A DNA stretch of 64,000 nt. Source: an uncultured Treponemataceae bacterium. Its GTDB lineage: Bacteria > Spirochaetota > Spirochaetia > Treponematales > Rectinemataceae. Of the stretch, positions 58,785 to 64,000 are shown piece by piece. Below the pieces are notes generated by a model, which saw only the letters and a program-made list of their open reading frames with translations, did not search any database and was not told the origin of the DNA. A program made the position numbers and the translations under genes. Position 1 is the first letter of the stretch. Every line of letters starts with the position of its first letter. Location: assembly GCA_964540615.1 (NCBI GenBank), contig CAZINN010000008.1, forward strand, positions 2,641 through 66,640, in the 5' to 3' direction.

Positions 58785-59294
58785 TCAGGGCAAGCGGTGT
58801 GGTCTTCGGCCGAAAGCCGCAATCCCTGAGGACTCCTGTTTCGATCCGCGCCGCCTCCCGGGATAGATTGTTTTTTTGCGGCCGCGCCTGAAAAGCGAGG
58901 GGCGGATGATCGGATCCTTGAGAATCGAAGATTCGGCCATGATGGGCGCGCGGAGCCTGAGCGCGAGGGCGAGAGCGTCGGAAGGACGGACTTCTTTTAC
59001 CGCGGTACCGCCGTCTTTTCGGTAAGAAAGTCTGGCTTTGGCGCCCCCTTCGCCGAACAGCTCTGCGAATTCGAGCGAAAACCCGGCTTCCGTGAACAAC
59101 TCGGCGAGCAGATCGTGCGTCAGTGGGCGCGGCGGAACAATCCCCTCGAGTTCAATAATAAGCGCGCTCGCCTCGAAGGGGCCGATGGGAATACTCAGGA
59201 CACGCCCTGAGTTCGGATTCTCGAGGAGGACCGAGGGCTCTCCATTCTCCAACCGCACGGAGCGGATGCGGAGCTCGACCAATTCCGCTTGCAT
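58785..59294 (-). CDS. bifunctional nuclease family protein (DUF151/BFN)
   Basis: LENPNSGRVLSIPIGPFEASALIIELEG...RPLTHDLL is the conserved BFN core. Confidence 0.75.
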   Translation of the reverse strand: MQAELVELRIRSVRLENGEPSVLLENPNSGRVLSIPIGPFEASALIIELEGIVPPRPLTHDLLAELFTEAGFSLEFAELFGEGGAKARLSYRKDGGTAVKEVRPSDALALALRLRAPIMAESSILKDPIIRPSLFRRGRKKTIYPGRRRGSKQESSGIAAFGRRPHRLP

Positions 59295-59360
59295 ATCCTT
59301 TGATAATCTATCCCGCTGCCGCGTATATTTCCCATGCCTATCCCGGCGGAACGCTTGCTA

Positions 59361-59389
59361 TTGACACCTAAATACCGGCCGCCTATGCT
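59361..59389 (+). promoter_or_regulatory. sigma70-type promoter candidate for cheR-cheB
   Basis: TTGACA - 17 nt - TATGCT, 50 nt upstream of the cheR ATG. Confidence 0.45.
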
Positions 59390-59438
59390 TTTTTTGTATT
59401 TCGCCCGTATTTTCGCGGGGAAAGGCGCTAGCCGGGTC

Positions 59439-60248
59439 ATGTCCGAATTTTTGAGCGACGCAGACTTCGAGCTGTATCGCAAAATCATATACGACGAAAG
59501 CGGTATCACCTTTTCGGCGACGAACCGGTCTATACTGGAAAGCCGCCTGAAAGAGCGCCTCAGGGAAAAAAAACTCGAAAGCCTGGGGGAGTATCACGCC
59601 CTCATCATAAAAGACCATGAGGAGATGAAGACCCTCCTCGATTCGGTCACGACCAATTTGACTCGGTTTTTCCGTAACCAAGCGCATTTCGACGCGATGG
59701 AGAAGGCTGTTGTCCCGGAGCTCCTCAAACTCCGTCAGGCCGACAAGAAGCTCAGGATTTGGAGCGCGGGCTGCTCGACGGGGGAGGAGCCCTATTCCAT
59801 CGCCATGCTCCTTAAGGAAATCCTCCCAACGGGCTGGACCTTCGAGGTCATCGCGAGCGATATCTCGCTGAAGTGCCTCATGGTCGGGAAAGAGGGTTTT
59901 TACGCCGACGCTCGAATACAAGGGATCCCCGACGCCTATCTTGAAAAGTACCTGGAGAAGAAGCCCGGGGGGTATCAGATCAAGGAGAGCCTCAAGACGA
60001 CCGTACGTTTCGATTACCACAACCTCAAAAACGATTCCGGTCTTCGAGGACTCGATGTCGTGTTTTGCAGGAATGTGCTCATCTATTTCGACGAGGCCGC
60101 GCAGAAGGCTACGATTGAGCGTTTTTGGGAGGCGATGGCGCCGAAATCCTATCTGTTCATCGGGCATTCCGAATCACTTTTTGGAATGAACACAAAATTC
60201 GAGTTCGTGAAAACCGATTGGGCTACCTTCTATCGGAAAAACATCTGA
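59439..60248 (+). CDS. cheR: chemotaxis protein methyltransferase
   Basis: TNLTRFFRN, SAM-binding RIWSAGCSTGEEPYSIAM, VFCRNVLIYF. Start at ATG 59439. Confidence 0.93.
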   Translation: MSEFLSDADFELYRKIIYDESGITFSATNRSILESRLKERLREKKLESLGEYHALIIKDHEEMKTLLDSVTTNLTRFFRNQAHFDAMEKAVVPELLKLRQADKKLRIWSAGCSTGEEPYSIAMLLKEILPTGWTFEVIASDISLKCLMVGKEGFYADARIQGIPDAYLEKYLEKKPGGYQIKESLKTTVRFDYHNLKNDSGLRGLDVVFCRNVLIYFDEAAQKATIERFWEAMAPKSYLFIGHSESLFGMNTKFEFVKTDWATFYRKNI

Positions 60249-60266
60249 CGCCGGGAGAAACCGACC

Positions 60267-61394
60267 GTGCCTGATCCAATATCCGTCTTGATCGTCGACG
60301 ACTCCGCCCTCATGAGAAATCTCATTTCGAGAATCATCACCTCGACGCCGGGGCTCGCCGTCGCAGACAAGGCCATGAACGGCGTTTTCGCGCTCCAAAA
60401 AATCCCCCGCTGCGATCCCGATGTCATAGTCCTCGATATCGAAATGCCGGAGATGAACGGCATCGAATTTCTCAAGGAGCGCAAGCGGCTCGGGATCGAC
60501 ATTCCCGTGATCATTCTCTCCTCCGTCGCCAAAGAGGGGGCCCAGGTGACCATCGAAGCCTTGGGCCTTGGAGCATCTGACTTCATTACCAAGCCCTCGG
60601 GATCGGTTTCGGCCGATCTGCACACCGTCGCCGGCGATCTGACGAGACTGCTCATCGCCTATGGCTCGCAGTACCAGAAGCGCAAAGGGAAAACCCCACC
60701 CAAATACGACTTCGAGGCGCCCGAACGGCTGTTCGAACCGGCTCCGGTCCTCGAGGCCAGGGCTGAGCGGGCGCGGCAGCCGAGCGCGAGACCGGTGCCG
60801 CTCAGAGAGCCGGGCCCGATCGAGCTTATAGCCATCGGAATCTCGACCGGCGGGCCGAACGCTCTCCGCGAGGTGTTTTCGAAGATAGATGCGGACATCG
60901 CTCAACCGATCGTCGTCGTCCAGCACATGCCGCCGGGCTTCACCGAGGAGTTTGCAAAGAGTCTCGATAAGATATGCCCCCTGGAAGTGAAAGAAGCCGC
61001 CGAGGGCGATCTGCTCAAAAGCGGCCGCGTGCTCATCGCGCCCGGAGACAAACACCTTATGGTCGAGCGGCGCTCATTGGGCGCCGTCGCGGTCCTGTCC
61101 GACGCGCCGCTCGTCAACGGCCACCGCCCGAGTGTCGATGTATTGTTCGAAAGCGTCGCGCGGCATTACGGCAACAGGGCCATGGGCGTGATTATGACCG
61201 GCATGGGCCGGGATGGCGCGCGGGAACTCGGCTCGATTTACAGGGAGGGCGGAATCACCCTCGGGCAGGACGAATCCTCGAGCGTCGTCTACGGTATGCC
61301 GAAAGTGGCGTTCGAACTCGGGCATGTCAGTCGGCAGGTGAGCCTGGCGGATATGGCCGAGACGATCTCGGCGCTCGCGAAAGAATATAGATAA
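60267..61394 (+). CDS. cheB: chemotaxis response regulator protein-glutamate methylesterase
   Basis: Receiver VLIVDDS...VIVLDIEMP. Esterase domain GISTGGPNAL, HMPPGFT, GMGRDGA. GTG start. Confidence 0.93.
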   Translation: MPDPISVLIVDDSALMRNLISRIITSTPGLAVADKAMNGVFALQKIPRCDPDVIVLDIEMPEMNGIEFLKERKRLGIDIPVIILSSVAKEGAQVTIEALGLGASDFITKPSGSVSADLHTVAGDLTRLLIAYGSQYQKRKGKTPPKYDFEAPERLFEPAPVLEARAERARQPSARPVPLREPGPIELIAIGISTGGPNALREVFSKIDADIAQPIVVVQHMPPGFTEEFAKSLDKICPLEVKEAAEGDLLKSGRVLIAPGDKHLMVERRSLGAVAVLSDAPLVNGHRPSVDVLFESVARHYGNRAMGVIMTGMGRDGARELGSIYREGGITLGQDESSSVVYGMPKVAFELGHVSRQVSLADMAETISALAKEYR

Positions 61395-61395
61395 T

Positions 61396-61434
61396 GGGGA
61401 CCTCTAAAAACCCGGTTGGTTTTTAGAGGTCCCC
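61396..61434. repeat. 39-nt perfect palindromic (REP/MITE-like) element
   Basis: GGGGACCTCTAAAAACC-CGGTT-GGTTTTTAGAGGTCCCC, a 17-bp perfect stem. Flanked by TAAT on both sides. Lies between convergent cheB and nfu. Confidence 0.7.
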
Positions 61435-61478
61435 TAATGTTAAATATTGAGGTAGATATATTGCTTCACAACAAACCC

Positions 61479-61703
61479 TTACACCTGTACGACTTCCTTA
61501 ACCTCGGGCACCGTTTTTTTTAAGTAGTTCTCGACGCCCATCTTAAGCGTCATGGTGGCCATGGGGCAGCCGCCGCAGGCTCCGGTAAGCCGGACTTTCA
61601 CGGTCCCGTCCGCTTCGACCGAGACGAGTTCTATGTCTCCGCCGTCGGCCTGGAGCGAGGGACGCACGTCTTGTATTGCGCTTCGGACCTTTTCTTCCAG
61701 CAT
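61479..61703 (-). CDS. NifU-like (Nfu C-terminal domain) Fe-S cluster protein
   Basis: VRPSLQADGGDIELV...LTGACGGCPMATMTLK. Start at ATG 61703; the track ORF is extended to 61772. Confidence 0.85.
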   Translation of the reverse strand: MLEEKVRSAIQDVRPSLQADGGDIELVSVEADGTVKVRLTGACGGCPMATMTLKMGVENYLKKTVPEVKEVVQV

Positions 61704-61776
61704 GTGTTCTTTCTCCTGAACCGAATGTAGTGGCCCGCGGCCCCGCTGGTCAAGTTGAAGACGGGCCTCCACCGTC

Positions 61777-61805
61777 TTGGAGACGGACCTGTCTCGTGCT
61801 ACAAT
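61777..61805 (+). promoter_or_regulatory. sigma70-type promoter candidate for parA-parB
   Basis: TTGGAG - 17 nt - TACAAT, 28 nt upstream of the parA ATG. Confidence 0.45.
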
Positions 61806-61833
61806 GCCGACGACCCGGTGTGAAAGAGGATCA

Positions 61834-62640
61834 ATGGCGAGAACTATCGTTTTCGTTAATCAAAAAGGCGGCGTGGGCAAGACGACGAGCGCCATCAATC
61901 TCGGTGCGTATCTCGCACTCGCGGGCAAGAGAACCCTCCTCGTCGACTTCGATCCTCAGGCCAATTTAACCTCGGGCCTGGGGAAAAAGCCCGGGGGGAA
62001 AAACGTGTATCAGGTCATTTCGGGGCAGATCCGAATTTCCGAGGTCATAGTCCCGACCGAAGTCGAATGGCTCGATGTCGCACCTTCTTCGATCGACCTT
62101 TCGGGCGCCACGGTCGAGCTTGTGAATAAGCCGGACCGAAACGAATACCTCAAGCGGGCGCTCGCTCCGATTCTTCCGCAGTACGATTTCATACTCATCG
62201 ATTGTCCGCCCTCGCTTGGAATACTCACGCTCAACGGCCTGGTGGCCGCCGATGAGGTGGTCATACCCTTGCAGTGCGAGTATTTTGCGCTCGAGGGTCT
62301 TTCGCTGATTCTTCAGACGATCAATCTCGTGCAAAAGGGCATGAATCCTAAACTCAAAATCTGCGGCATTCTTTTTACGATGTACGATTCCCGCACCAAA
62401 CTTGCGCAGGATGTCGTTCAGCAGGTGACCGAGTATTTCAAGGAAAGGGTTTTCAGGACGATTGTTCCGCGCAATGTCCGCCTCTCCGAGGCGCCTTCGC
62501 ACGGCAAGCCCATCTGTTTATACGATGGCGCCTGTATCGGCGCGAAGAGCTACCAGGCCCTGGCGAAGGAACTGGCTGACCGAGCTCTCTCGTCGGCCCA
62601 TTCCGCGGCGGCGGGGAAACAGGCGGCCGCGAATGGCTAA
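61834..62640 (+). CDS. parA: chromosome partitioning ATPase ParA/Soj
   Basis: Deviant Walker A NQKGGVGKTT and LLVDFDPQAN. Start at ATG 61834 with a GAGGA SD. Confidence 0.93.
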   Translation: MARTIVFVNQKGGVGKTTSAINLGAYLALAGKRTLLVDFDPQANLTSGLGKKPGGKNVYQVISGQIRISEVIVPTEVEWLDVAPSSIDLSGATVELVNKPDRNEYLKRALAPILPQYDFILIDCPPSLGILTLNGLVAADEVVIPLQCEYFALEGLSLILQTINLVQKGMNPKLKICGILFTMYDSRTKLAQDVVQQVTEYFKERVFRTIVPRNVRLSEAPSHGKPICLYDGACIGAKSYQALAKELADRALSSAHSAAAGKQAAANG

Positions 62641-63517
62641 GCAGTTCGGATTGGGCAAGGGTCTCGGCGCGCTCATCCCCGAGCCCGAGATAGCCTTCGC
62701 CGCCGGCGAGGGCGCCGATCTGGCGGGCGGCATCCGGAATCTTCCGATCGGCAGGCTGCGGCCGAATCCCGACCAGCCGCGCCGCAGTTTCGACGAGGCG
62801 GCTCTCGCCGAACTCGCGAATTCGCTCAAGAGCCACGGCGTCATTCAGCCTATCGTCGCCGAGGATGCGGGCGATGGATCGTTCATTATCGTAGCGGGCG
62901 AGCGGCGGTATCGGGCTGCGAAAATGGCCGGCCTTTCCGAGCTTCCCGTCATTGTTCGATCTTTCGATCCGCAGAAGCGGCTCGAGATCGCCCTTATCGA
63001 GAACGTCCAACGAGAGGATCTGAATCCCGTCGAAGAGGCCGAGGCCTATCGCTCGCTCATGAGCCTGGGAGGCCGCTCGCAGGAAGAGGTCGCCGACGCG
63101 GTCGGAAAGAGTCGAAGCGCCGTCGCGAACGCGCTTCGCTTGTTGAAGCTGCCCGAGCCTATGCTCTCGGCGCTGCGCGACGGCAGTCTCACCGCAGGCC
63201 ATGCCCGCGCCATTCTTTCGGTCATCGACCCAGCCAGGCGCGAGCTCCTTTTTGCGCGCATCGTAGCCGAGGGTATCTCGGTCCGCGAGGCCGAGGCCGC
63301 AGCCGCGGAGCTGAACGCGCCTCCCACCCGCCGCTCCGACGAGGCAAAGCGTTCCGAAAAGCCGAAAGATCCCGAACTTGTTACTGTCGAGGAACGTCTT
63401 ATCGAGGCGCTCGGCACTAAGGTGAGCATCAAGGGCGACGCCCGTAAGGGAACGATAGCCATCGAGTATTACAGCATCGAGGACTTGGAACGCATACTCG
63501 ATGTACTTGCCCGTTGA
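62633..63517 (+). CDS. parB: chromosome partitioning protein ParB/Spo0J
   Basis: MAKQFGLGKGLGALIP, GERRYRAAKMAG, ENVQREDLNP. The start overlaps the parA stop by 8 nt. Confidence 0.93.
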   Translation: MAKQFGLGKGLGALIPEPEIAFAAGEGADLAGGIRNLPIGRLRPNPDQPRRSFDEAALAELANSLKSHGVIQPIVAEDAGDGSFIIVAGERRYRAAKMAGLSELPVIVRSFDPQKRLEIALIENVQREDLNPVEEAEAYRSLMSLGGRSQEEVADAVGKSRSAVANALRLLKLPEPMLSALRDGSLTAGHARAILSVIDPARRELLFARIVAEGISVREAEAAAAELNAPPTRRSDEAKRSEKPKDPELVTVEERLIEALGTKVSIKGDARKGTIAIEYYSIEDLERILDVLAR

Positions 63518-63526
63518 GCTGATACC

Positions 63527-63570
63527 CTGTTGAAAAAGCCAGCCCCCGCCTTTTTCAACAGTTCCTTTTC
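63527..63570 (+). terminator. rho-independent terminator after parB
   Basis: 12-bp perfect stem CTGTTGAAAAAG/CTTTTTCAACAG with an 11-nt loop, followed by TTCCTTTTC. Confidence 0.75.
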
Positions 63571-63590
63571 AGTGCTTCGTCGTCTCTCCC

Positions 63591-63619
63591 TTGACTCCGA
63601 CATTCCCCCCCGATAGTGT
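63591..63619 (+). promoter_or_regulatory. sigma70-type promoter candidate for eno
   Basis: TTGACT - 17 nt - TAGTGT, about 38 nt upstream of the eno ATG. Confidence 0.4.
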
Positions 63620-63623
63620 TTGA

Positions 63624-64000
<377 letters not shown>

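Overview
This window covers the replication-origin region of a high-GC bacterial chromosome (about 55-65% G+C in the 60-nt lines I counted by hand). The core synteny is dnaA-dnaN-recF-DUF721(dciA-like)-rpmH-rnpA-yidD-yidC-jag on the minus strand, with gyrB-gyrA divergent from dnaA. From memory this matches the Borrelia burgdorferi layout, so a Spirochaetota origin is my inference only. Both spacers flanking dnaA are about 22% G+C and carry DnaA boxes, which suggests a bipartite oriC. A perfect parS lies just 3' of gyrA, and parA-parB sit about 25 kb to the right. The left third (1-23 kb) is glycan-utilisation DNA. It holds GH10, GH31 and low-GC GH5 enzymes, a ytfQRT-yjfF-like sugar ABC transporter, and a YesM/YesN-type kinase and regulator with a tandem double sugar-binding lipoprotein. 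The remainder is housekeeping: thrC, tag, pdxST, metK-ahcY, glpK, prs, purFND, cheRB, nfu and eno. I found no CRISPR array, transposase, integrase, phage genes, toxin-antitoxin pair or recognisable defence system. The observations most worth follow-up: (1) a 14-bp perfect palindrome present upstream of both the sensor operon and the transporter operon at almost the same distance from the start codon, (2) a 38-39-nt palindromic REP/MITE-like element present twice, each copy flanked by a 4-nt direct repeat, (3) a receiver-like / RsbW-type ATPase / cNMP-binding fusion protein, and (4) a Rieske oxygenase paired with a CrtI-like flavoprotein carrying an Fe-S tail. Start codons were refined by hand where an ATG with a Shine-Dalgarno sequence was visible. 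The ORF track uses GTG and TTG as well as ATG and takes the longest ORF.
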